A stretch of 64,000 bases of DNA from Zygnema circumcarinatum SAG 698-1b. Taxonomy: Eukaryota; Plantae; Zygnematophyceae. The stretch lies in assembly GCA_037447605.1 (NCBI GenBank), contig CM074809.1, forward strand, positions 2,346,689 to 2,410,688, in the 5' to 3' direction. Positions 54,699-64,000 of this stretch are shown here, piece after piece. Made by a program: the position numbers and the translations under genes. Position 1 is the first letter of the stretch, and each line of letters begins with the position of its first letter. The notes beneath the pieces were generated by a model, which was not told the DNA's origin, did not search any database, and saw only the letters and a program-made list of their open reading frames with translations.

Positions 54699-55701
54699 TG
54701 TTGGTGGAGGGACTCCTCCACTGCTACCGTCCGTTCCTCCATTCGGGTCACCCTCCATCGGAGTTCGCGTTCCAATCGACGATGACATCTTCAAATCTCT
54801 CACATTCACTCATAGCCCATTTTACTCACAGAGTGAATCACAGCAAATAATGCACAGCGGAATAACAGAGAGAAATGAATAGGAGAAAGCTCCTGGCTCT
54901 AAAACTCCTTAATAGTGAATTCACTCATACATTGAGAGACACCCTCTCAAATCGACCGCTCAGCAAACTCAAAAGCCCACTACCTTGCAGCACGAGCAAG
55001 TGTAATGTTAAGCAACACGAGCATTCAGCTTCTCAGAGTCTACAACAGCCTGAGTGGAATTAGCCTACACAAAGTAAGACCAATCCTTATATACAATGTC
55101 ACTACACACGTGATAACAACATGCTGGCTTTAAGCTTCATTAACATCGACCAGCTGGCTCAAGTAGCGGTGGCCTTATCCCTATCTTAATCCTCGGCCAC
55201 CGGATCCTCAGAGACTCACACGGATCCAAAGATTTTGCTCACGGATCCGCATCAGCCCTTCCGTTTCAATCCACGCCTACCGTAGGATCTGACCTTGCCT
55301 CCAAGATAGATGACGCTGGCCATCCTTCGCGCCGTTCACGCCAATCACAATTCTAATTTAGCTCCACATACCCTGGAATCGCCGACACCACGCCACTTCG
55401 CCAAGTCCAAATCGTGCCGTCTCAGTGCGCCGACGCCGCCGCTGCCGCTTTCGAGCTCATACAAGTAGCTTAAGGCCAAGCCGCTGCCAATATTCATTCC
55501 GCCCGTCACACGCCACGCCACATTTCGAATCGTCACCGCCGCTGCCTCGGCCACTCTCGACTGGCCGCCTAATCCACCAAAGTCCTGCACGCCCCGCCGG
55601 CTCCAGTGCACATCACGCCAAGGGCCACACACACAACACACGCACACAAAACTAATGTCCCAACAACAACTTGTCTAGTGACTAACTACTATACACTAAC
55701 A
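54699..55701 (-). repeat. Third copy of the copia LTR, with intact PBS and a short gag stub
   Basis: TGTTGGTGG...CTAACA. Perfect TGGTATCAGAGC at 54685-54696 (minus). gag stub FDGQDYKAWRWRLVPLLVGKGLLGYVDGS. Right flank TATCT (55702-55706) equals the left flank of the LTR at 45288 (45283-45287), a 5-bp TSD. Confidence 0.9.
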
Positions 55702-58293
55702 TATCTGCCGGCGAGGGGATGTCCGGAGGAGGTGCCATGGGAACCGTGGAGGCCGTGAGGGGTGGCCTCTCGCTACTGCCGCCAGCTTACTTAACGACGG
55801 CTGCGTGCACTTGAACCAGCTTTCGCATCAACCGTGACAAGGTAATTCATCTTAGCCTTGTCCTCTATGAGCCGAGCGAACCATGCGTTTCACCGAGATA
55901 AAGTCCGTCGGGGAGGTGGTCGACGCATCGGGCCGCTGGGGGTAGAAACGGCTGCCCGGTGGGCGCATGGGGAGTGGCTCACGCGTATTTCTTCCGGCCA
56001 TCGCGCCGCCGCCCGCCGTGCCGCCGTCGCTCTTCCTCGCGAGATCTCGCTTCTCCTCGTGCATGATCCCAAGGGATGACCCGTGGAAGGAGGGAGGACG
56101 GGAGTTCTCCTGACAGGGGGGGCGACCGGTGGAGCCGTGCCAGAGGAGCTGGCGCCGTTGACATTGGCAGGGAGGAATGGCAGGGGATGTGAATGAGGAT
56201 CGCTTTGGTTGACAGGGAGCCTGCGCAAGGCCATTGCAATCTCGGCGATCCGGGCTTGAGCACCCTCTTCAGAATTGATGGGTGATTCGGACCAAGCCGG
56301 TTGCAATGCTGTGGCAATCTGGGCAGTGCGGGCGCGGGCAGCCAGATCGGGCTCGACCCCCAATACGTTTGTCAAGGAAGGGGACTCCATGGGGTGCAGA
56401 TGGATCGGCGGACGTTGCAGGATGGTATAAGAGGGTGAAGGAGGTGGAGGCGGGCGAAAGGGGGCATGAGTTCTCGATGGTATGTGTGTAGCCGGGAGCA
56501 TGTCCATGAAAGTGATCTCTGCAGGTGAGCTCCCTGTAGCTGCTTCTTTCCCCTTTCGGGCTTTCTCACTGGAGAGTCTCCGCATGCATACACGGGCATC
56601 ATGTCCCGTGATCTGGCAGAAGGTGCAGGTCCATGGTCCACAGCGCAGCCTCGGGTTATGATTCGTGCCGCAGGCTAGACAAACGCCCTCTGGAACCCCT
56701 GCCTCTGTCATCCGACGGCGCAAATCGGCCCTGGCAGCCTCTCTCTCTTCGGGTGTGCGATCGGGATAAGGACCCCGATAACCTGGACGAGAAACATCGG
56801 GTATGTGAGGATTCACCGAAGGCTCAATGGGATGCGCAGGATCATGAGGGTATGGAGAAGGGGGAAGGGGCTTGGTCGTGCTGGCTATAGCCAGAGGCTG
56901 CACCACAGGGGCTGCCCGGACGTCCTAAGCAGGGATGCCGGAGAAAGACGGCTTGTTCCTGGAAGCCGTAGCGTAAGGATCATACAGCTGCTGACTCTGG
57001 GTCTTCAGGAATTGCTGGTACAGTCGATCCTGGCGTGGATCTGTAGCATTCATGTAGTGTGGTCGTACATGTCGGTTGCCTCTCTCTTGATCTTTTTGAA
57101 TTCGCTCTGCCCTTTCTAACAAAGCCTGGGCATCTGCTGGTGGGTTGTCGCGCAGCTCACGATCCAGGTGAAGATCTTTCTCGCTGATGGCCTTGCGGAA
57201 CCACTGGAGAACCTCGGGAAAGTCAGGTAAGTTCTCGATCGTATTTGCCATGCGCACAAAACGCTCAGTGAATTCAAACAGCCGCTCATCACTATAGCAC
57301 TCTATGTAGCGAAGTCGGTCTAGCACAGTGATTGGATCTGAAATCCAGCGTTGTCTGAAAGCCTGCTTGAATGTGTCCCTTGTCAGGGTGCCGACGACAT
57401 CTGCTTTGTGCCAGTTTCGGGACAGCTTCCAATTGACTGCCTCTCCTTCCAGCGCTCCAAGGGCCAGCTTGATCCACTAGTCCTCTTTCAGGTCTGCTTG
57501 CGCTACCTTCTCCTCAAGATGTCTCAGCCAGGCTTCTGCATCTTCCTGCTTTCCGGTGAATCCTCTAGTGATGATGCCCGTGGTATCTCTCACCTCACTC
57601 TTTTCAGGAATCATGGCTATCAGTTTTGTCATCATCTCTTCCATCTTGCTGGGAACCTCAGATCTGAAACGTGTGCTGCTTGGGGGTAGAAACGGGCTGC
57701 CCGAGGGCGATGGGGAGGGTTCACGTGCATTTCTTCCGTCACTGGCGCTGTCGGCTCCGGCTGTGCCGCTGTCGGCTCTTCCTCAGTGAGATCCTCAGTT
57801 TCCTCCTCAGGCATGGATCCCAAGGGATGACCCGTGGAAGGAGGGAGGACGGGAGTTCTCCTGACAGGGGGGGCGACCGGTGGAGCCGTGCCAGAGGAGC
57901 TGGCTCCGTTGACATTGGCAGGGAGGAATGGCAGGGGATGTGAATGAGGATCGCTTTGGTTGATAGGGAGCCTGCGCAAGGCCGTTGCAATCTCGGCGAT
58001 CCGGGCTTGAGCACCCTCTTCAGAATTGATGGGTGATTCGGACCAAGCCGGTTGCAATGCTGCGGCAATCAAGGCAGTGTGGGCGCGGGCAGCCAGATCG
58101 GGCTCGACCCCTAATACGTTTGTCAAGGAAGGGGACTCCATGGGGTGCAGATGGATCGGCGGACGTTGCAGGATGGTATAAGAGGGTGAAGGAGGTGGAG
58201 GCGGGCGAAAGGGAGCATGAGTTCTCGATGGCATGTGTGTAGCCGGGAGCATGTCCATGAAAGTGATCTCTGCAGGTGCGCTCNNNNNNNNNN

Positions 58294-59517
58294 GATGGTA
58301 TAAGAGGGTGAAGGAGGTGGAGGCGGGCGAAAGGGAGCATGAGTTCTCGATGGTGTGTGGGTAGCCGGGAGCATGTCCATGAAAGTGATCTCTGCAGGAG
58401 AGCTCCCTGCGGCTGCATCCTTCCTCTTTCGGGCTTTCTCACTGGAGAGTCTCCGCATGCATACACGGGCATCATGTCCCGTGATCTGGCAGAAGGTGCA
58501 GGTCCATGGTCCACAGCGCAGCCTCGGGTTATGATTCGTGCCGCAGGCTAGACAAACGCCCTCTGGAACCCCTGCCTCTGTCATCCGACGGCGCAAATCG
58601 GCCCTGGCAGCCTCTCTCTCTTCGGGTGTGCGATCGAGATAAGGACCCCGATAACCTAGACGAGAAACATCGGGTATGTGAGGATTCACCGAAGGCTCAA
58701 TGGGATGCGCAAGATCATGAGGGTATGGAGAAGGGGGAAGGGGCTTGGTCGTGCTGGCTATAGCCAGAGGCTGCACCACAGGGGCTGCCCGGACGTCCTG
58801 AGCAGGGATGCCGGAGAAAGACGGCTTGTTCCTGGAAGCTGTAGCGTAAGGATCATACAGCTGCTGACTCTGGGTCTTCAGGAATTGCTGGTACAGTCGA
58901 TCCTGGCGTGGATCTGTAGCATTCATGTAGTGTGGTCGTACATGTCGGTTGCCTCTCTCTTGATCTTTCTGAATTCGCTCTGCCCTTTCTAACAAAGCCT
59001 GGGCATCTGCTGGTGGGTTGTCGCGCAGCTCACGATCCAGGTGAAGATCTTTCTCGCTGATGGCCTTGCGGAACCACTGGAGAACCTCGGGAAAGTCAGG
59101 TAAGTTCTCGATCGTATTTGCCATGCGCACAAAACGCTCAGTGAATTCAAACAGCCGCTCATCACTATAGCACTCTATGTAGCGAAGTCGGTCTAGCACA
59201 GTGATTGGATCTGAAATCCAGCGTTGTCTGAAAGCCTGCTTGAATGTGTCCCTTGTCAGGGTGCCGACGACATCCGCTTTGTGCCAGTTTCGGGACAGCT
59301 TCCAATTGACTGCCTCTCCTTCCAGCGCTCCAAGGGCCAGCTTGATCCACTGATCCTCTTTCAGGTCTGCTTGCGCTGCCTTCTCCTCAAGATGTCTCAG
59401 CCAGGCTTCTGCATCTTCCTGCTTTCCGGTGAATCCTCTAGTGATGATGCCCGTGGTATCTCTCACCTCACTCTTTTCAGGAATCATGGCTATCAGTTTT
59501 GTCATCATCTCTTCCAT
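58294..59517 (-). CDS. Retrotransposon Gag (capsid-like domain plus CCHC zinc knuckle), most intact copy
   Basis: MEEMMTKLIA...FTGKQEDAEAWLRHLE...ALEGEAVNW...TFKQAFRQRW...CTFCQITGHDARVC, open up to the N gap at 58293. Confidence 0.85.
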
Positions 59518-60218
59518 CTTGCTGGGAACCTCAGATCTGAAACGTGTGCTTCTCTACAGGTTGGTGCGAAAGCTGGAGGGTCCTTGCGATCGTCTTGCCC
59601 TTGCCCCTGAAGCCGCTCGCCTGGGGCTGCCAGATGGGTAAGTTGTGAACGCCAGAGGTGAGGGTGTCTTCTGAGGAATCCCCTGTTCTGCTGTGGGACT
59701 GCGTGCCGCTGCTGTGCTGGAAGGGACTCCTGGTGCAGTAGTTATTCGACTGAGATCCCGTGGGTTCTGTCTCTGGTGGGCCGCAGGGGGGATCTCAGGT
59801 TCGAACGGAACTCCTCTCTTCACGGCATCTGCGGCCGTGACAGCAACTGGGCAAGCTGCCAACTTGATCATCCTGCGTGCATATCGCCAGCGAAACCTAT
59901 GGCCATCACTGCCTAGATGGAGTCGCTGCAGTTCTTCAATCGACTCGATCTGCTCAAGGTAAGCCAAACTGGGATAAGGGTTCTCTTCTGTGATGCCCAT
60001 CTTTAGTCTTTCTCTGACTGCTTCTTCCTCTGAGTCTGAATCCGTCCTTGGATTTCCGATCGTCTGATCTTCTTGAAGTCCCAAGTCTTCATCTGAAAAC
60101 TCATGAAGATCTGTTTGTCCCTCTTGCTGCAGCTCTTCATCCATGGCGGCTGTGACACGGGTCACAGGATCGGCAGCCTCACGTATCAAGGTACGTGGAT
60201 CTGCCAAACCTTCAGCTC

Positions 60219-60869
60219 TGATACCAAGATAAGTGGGGTTAAGGGGAGACTGCTGAGCTAGTTGCAGGTGTTGTACGGCCACTCGCGCGTCCGTGCTGAA
60301 ACTGATGAAGGGTTGGGTTGGTGCTGTGGGTCTGCTGCCAAGCGTAGAGCCAGGATCCGGGGATTTCAGAGGGCTGGCCAGCGAAGAGCGTGGGGATCCT
60401 GAAGATGTTCCCACCGGCGGCTGGACTCGATGCGCAAAGAGCCCTTCCTTGGGGGCTCTCTTCCCCTGTCCTCTCTTCGGCTATTCTCTTCGCTAGACTT
60501 CTAGTTATCATCGGTCATTGGGAGGAGTGTAAGGCAGGATATCACAAGATGGTAGCTTGGCATAGTGACAGCAAAGGGAAAATAGGACTCAGCTTAGATA
60601 AAGGTTGTGTTTTGGAAACTCACCCCAGCCAGCGATTGGCTGGGGATTCTCATTACAATATAAGTGTCTTCTCACTGAAATGCTTGTNNNNNNNNNNGTG
60701 CGCCTTGCTGGATGGTGTGCTGTTCCGTGGGCCGCCAACACATGGCGCCGCCTTCTCGCATTCTCCGTCGGCAGCTCCTGGATTATGCCGGTCCGTGACA
60801 CTGAAGAGGCATATGTCAAGTACAACTGAACTGACGCGGATCCGTCGAGCGCAGCTCCACTACGCTACA
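60219..60869 (-). repeat. 5' LTR of the outer gypsy element (contains an N gap)
   Basis: Homologous to 33427-34390, adjacent to or overlapping the PBS. Gap at 60688-60697. Confidence 0.85.
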
Positions 60870-61196
60870 CGGACGCATTTTGCAACGCCAACGCCAAAAC
60901 GACCTAATTTTGGTATGGTACGACCGTACGACCGTACGGTTATTGTTCAAAACGAGTGGGTATAATATATGTAATAAAATGTTTTAATTTGTAATATATT
61001 ACTACTTTTAAACCCGTTGTAAAGTATATAATGTATTCGGAATTTATAACGCGGGCCATCCCTAGTCGCCATGCGCGTCACGCACGTGCGAGCGCCTCTC
61101 GTACGTGTGAGGTGCGCGTGACGACAAAACGGAGGGCGGCGGGCGGCGGGCGGCGGGAGGGCGCGAAAAGGGGGGAGTCAAACCTGGCCCGGAGAT

Positions 61197-61815
61197 TAGG
61201 GATGGCCCGCGTTATAAATTCCGAATAAATTATATATTTTACAACGGGTTTAAAAGTAGTAATATATTACAAAGTAAAACACTTTATTACATATATTCAC
61301 AGATCGGACCATTAGACAAACCAGTCGACTGGTTGGCAACCAGTGGTTGCGGACCGAAACAACCATTCGACTGGTTGCCAACCAGTGGCATCCACTGGTT
61401 CCAAACCAGTCGAATGGTTGTCAACCAGTGGCATCCACTAGTTGGCAACCAGTCGACTGGTTGCCAACCAGTAGACGTCCAACCATTGCCATCCAATGGT
61501 TGTCCAATGGTTGCCGATCCAATGGTCCGACCTGTGCATATATTATACCCACTCGTTTTGAACAATTGACGACCGTACTCGTACGGTCGTACGGTCGTAC
61601 CATACCAAAAGTTTTGGCGTTGGCGTTGCGAAATGCGTCCGTCTGGTTCACTCTGTCTGCTCGTGCATCCGTACCGCATAATACCGTACAGTCGTTCGAC
61701 CGTATGACCGTACATGTTGTAAAGGCGTTGCAAATTAATATATATCAGCCGTTATCTAGTCGTCACAGTTGTATAATATAATATATATTATATAGTCGTA
61801 ACTAATCCATCCCTA
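61197..61815. mobile_element. hAT MITE copy B (same family as copy A, opposite orientation)
   Basis: TAGGGATGG at 61197 and CCATCCCTA ending 61815. 8-bp TSD CCGGAGAT at 61189-61196 and 61816-61823. Confidence 0.92.
61298..61536. mobile_element. 239-bp MITE (hAT-like) made of palindromic TGGTTG(G/C)CAACCA-type repeats, nested in copy B
   Basis: TIRs CACAGATCGGACCATT / AATGGTCCGACCTGTG (15/16 match). 8-bp TSD CATATATT at 61290-61297 and 61537-61544. Copy A has a single AATATATG at 60964-60971 (empty site). Confidence 0.9.
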
Positions 61816-62689
61816 CCGGAGATACAAAGGTAAAATAATTGCGCTCTTGAATTCGCGGCGCCCGAGCCTGTCGAACGTCCACTTTTGGCGGAAAAGGCCT
61901 GCCGTACAACGCGGAATTGGCCCGACGTGCTCGCGGAATTGGTTTGGCGATGGGCAAGGTCTGACTCCCCCTAATAGGGGGAGTCAGACCTTGACCATCG
62001 CCCGCGGAATTGAAAGATTCCACCGGCGGAAAGGTATTGATTTCGATTGCAGAATTCGGATCGGAAACCGCGGCTCCCTCCGAACCTGTCTGTCCCGTCC
62101 GTACTTCGAAATAGGTTACAAAAATGAGATACAGGCTCGGCGCCCGAGCCTGTCGAACGTCCACTTTTGGCGGAAAAGGCCTGCCGTACAACGCGGAATT
62201 GGCCCGACGGGCTCGCGGAATTGGTTTGGCGCTGGTCAAGGTCTGACTCCCCCTAATAGGGGTATAGGGTGGAAAAGATTGGGGGGGGGGGGTACTGTAC
62301 CGAAAGTTTCCTCCTCAGTACTTAGTACCGGCGATTTTCTTCAAGTACCGGTAGGAACATTTGAAGGGCTTCAAGGCTTGAGCAGAGGCATTCACGGGGA
62401 GATGTAGCACTGCTCTCACGATGGCGATGAGGCCATCAAATGTGCATGGACAAAATCTGCATGGGGAACCACGAGGAACTGGTCACAAAGGACCTCATTC
62501 TCGGTTTGCCATGCTCGCTACTTTTCGACGTGGCACGCTGTGATTGGTCCGGTCTAGGCACAGGGGTGCAGGCGTATCGAATGCCAATTGTTGCCAACCA
62601 TTCCAATGCGGCATTGGCAATGGGGTCCGGCGCCAATGGTTCAATTCCAAACCAAAACGATCTCACTTCTCGTATTCAATGGCAGCGAC

Positions 62690-63063
62690 TGCCGTATCCA
62701 TTTTGTCACATATAATGATTCTGCAATGGTTGCCAACCATTGGATCGTACAACCATTGCCATCCAATGGTCTGGCCTGTGCAAGTCAAGGTCTCTCGCAG
62801 GTACCGTACGGAGATAGGGTGTGTTCCGTACTGTACCACCTCCTCTAAAAGGAGGTGCCACAGTACCACAAGTCCGACACATTGGAGCGGCAACCGTTGG
62901 ACAACCATTGAATGGCAATGGTTGGACGTCGAATGGTTGGCAACCAGTTGAATGGTTGCCAACCATTGGCATCCACTGATTCCGAACCATTCGAGTGGTT
63001 GTTTCGATCCGGCGACAATGGTTGGCAACCAGTCGAATGGTTGGTCCAATGGTCCGACCAGTT
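62690..63063. mobile_element. Two degenerate relatives of the palindromic MITE (~62690-62780 partial; ~62867-63063 near full length)
   Basis: Same repeat units (ATGGTTGCCAACCATT, TGGTTGGCAACCAG) and TIR-like ends AATGGTCTGGCCTGTG and AATGGTCCGACCAG. No clear TSD. Confidence 0.7.
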
Positions 63064-63444
63064 CAGGGCACGGAGCGCGGTTCGGTCACCATTCCATGCG
63101 CCAGACGCACGGCGCAACTGCCGCAGTCCGCCCACACGCGGCTCCGTCCGCCGCATGGAGCGCGCCCGCCCGCCCGCCCGCACGCGCAGGGATGCTGGGG
63201 AAATGCCGGGCTGCCGTACGAAGTCGTACATTGCCGTACCGCAGGGCATGGTATGGCCCGCCGGCGGGCGGGCGACAGGGCGGCGCCGAGAGGGCGGGCG
63301 GGTCCTGAACGTTTCGTCGACGCGTCCCGACTCCGCCGGGGAATAAAGGCGAGGAGTGCCGTCCAGCCATGCACGGGCATGCAAACGCGCTCTTCTGCCC
63401 TGCTCACTTCTTGGACATCCATCCTCCCCTGCAAAGCTACCACT

Positions 63445-63948
63445 ATGGCTAGGAAGGCGGCCGCGTCCTGTGTATCTCTCGTGCTAGTCCTAACAGCACT
63501 GCAGATTTTCGATGCGTCAGCAGGCAGACTGCCCGCGCAATGGGAGCAGTCAGCGAGGCGCCTGTCGGGGACAACTCAGTCGGCGCAGCCATGCAGCACC
63601 TGCGCGGCTCCTCAGAATGTGCAGAATGTGCAGCCGGTGTTTGTTCAAGCAGCGCCTTTTCAAACGTCGTCGCCGTGCACCAGCTGCGCAGCCCCAGAAA
63701 CCGTGCAGAGCGTGCAGCCCGTGTATGTGCAGGCGGTGCCGGCAGTTGAAGTTCAGCCCGTGTACGAGTCTCCCGCCCCCGAAGTCGCCCAGCAGGCTGT
63801 GGTGCAGTCCTGCCCCACGTGTAACCAGGCCTGCACGACGTGTGGCGGCATCGGTGTGGCGGCAGCCTCAGCGTCGAGCTCCGCGTCAGCGAGCGCAACA
63901 GTAGGACAAGCCCCCGTTGTTAAGCGCAGTGAAAAGAAGTATCCCTAG
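63445..63948 (+). CDS. Uncharacterised secreted protein, 167 aa, four CxxC motifs, A/V/Q/P-rich repeats
   Basis: ATG in good context (ACCACTATGG). Signal peptide MARKAAASCVSLVLVLTALQIFDASA. Two ~28-aa repeats PC(S/T)(T/S)CAAP..VQ.VQPV(F/Y)VQA.P, then SCPTCNQACTTCGG and an AAASASSSASASA tail; TAG at 63946-63948. Confidence 0.75.
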   Translation: MARKAAASCVSLVLVLTALQIFDASAGRLPAQWEQSARRLSGTTQSAQPCSTCAAPQNVQNVQPVFVQAAPFQTSSPCTSCAAPETVQSVQPVYVQAVPAVEVQPVYESPAPEVAQQAVVQSCPTCNQACTTCGGIGVAAASASSSASASATVGQAPVVKRSEKKYP

Positions 63949-64000
63949 ATGCAGCGCAGTTGAACTGGTTGAGAAAAAGAAAATAGCAGTTGATCACATG

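Larger units (their letters stand above)
51680..59545 (-). repeat. Repeated gag segments of the outer gypsy (four CCHC-containing blocks, three gag N-terminal blocks) with 10-N gaps
   Basis: Near-identical blocks in ORFs 52027-52734, 52833-53768, 55890-56906, 57632-58258 and 58123-59517. N gaps at 52040-52049, 52837-52846, 58284-58293. Confidence 0.9.
33427..60869 (-). mobile_element. Ty3/gypsy LTR retrotransposon (no chromodomain seen), host of two further retroelements
   Basis: TG...CA termini with TSD CGGA (or ACGGA). LTRs 33427-34390 and ~60219-60869. iMet PBS TGGTATCAGAGC (minus, 60215-60226). gag with CCHC CTFCQITGHDARVC, protease ~44600-45080, RT LPFGLKN...YVDD (43913-44120), RNase H ...HGNADGLSR (~36220-36450), integrase SPYSPWQNGLAER...WLGPF (34699-35600). 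pol is frameshifted. Confidence 0.88.
32349..61064. mobile_element. hAT MITE copy A (TAGGGATGG TIR), inflated to 28.7 kb by nested elements
   Basis: TAGGGATGG at 32349 and CCATCCCTA ending 61064. 8-bp TSD GTCGCCAT at 32341-32348 and 61065-61072. Its three pieces (32349-32423, ~33306-33426, 60870-61064) are colinear with the reverse complement of copy B. Confidence 0.9.
30721..62297. mobile_element. Outermost non-autonomous Tc1/mariner(pogo)-like element, ~1.3 kb of own sequence expanded to 31.6 kb by nested insertions
   Basis: Left TA|CAGTA-C12-TAATATTTTC (30719-30747). Right GAAAAGATT-G12-TACTG|TA (62272-62299). TIRs ~26 bp with TA TSD. A shared internal block at ~32120-32262 and ~61973-62127 supports both ends belonging to one element. 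Confidence 0.75.

Noticed and set aside
61300-61530. CRISPR-like array of short palindromic repeats
   Set aside because: No constant repeat/unique spacer periodicity and no cas genes; bounded by TIRs and an 8-bp TSD in a eukaryotic context.
32349-61815. 75-bp inverted repeat 32349-32423 / 61741-61815 as the two TIRs of one 29.5-kb element
   Set aside because: Flanks differ (GTCGCCAT vs CCGGAGAT); each end has its own TSD partner at 61065 and 61189, so these are two elements.
62829-62866. Small hairpin GTACTGT..CACCTCCT-ctaaa-AGGAGGTG..ACAGTAC as a terminator or miRNA
   Set aside because: Too short for a pre-miRNA and lies among MITE relics; most likely a transposon scar.

Overview
Eukaryotic, intron-rich plant-type (streptophyte) nuclear DNA in three parts. 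(1) 1-30.7 kb is a compact gene block: the tail of an RS-rich protein, Derlin-1 (+), a CDC48B-type double AAA ATPase (+), an intronless EXORDIUM/Phi-1 gene (-), the U-box cyclophilin CYP65/PPIL2 (-), BRCA1 (-) and a membrane-anchored FkbM-type methyltransferase (-). An internally deleted 5S-rRNA-like sequence lies between Derlin and CDC48B. (2) 30.7-62.3 kb is a single nested transposon stack whose order can be read from TIRs and target-site duplications. An outer non-autonomous Tc1/mariner-like element (TA TSD) holds a MULE-like MITE and two hAT MITEs of one family. One hAT MITE carries a hAT deletion derivative and a ~27-kb Ty3/gypsy element, which in turn holds a chromovirus and a copia element with a third LTR. 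This part has N gaps, many indels and repeated gag blocks, some probably assembly artefacts. (3) 62.3-64 kb holds MITE relics and a gene for an unfamiliar secreted CxxC-repeat protein. All calls are manual; no database searches were run, and family assignments rest on recalled motifs.
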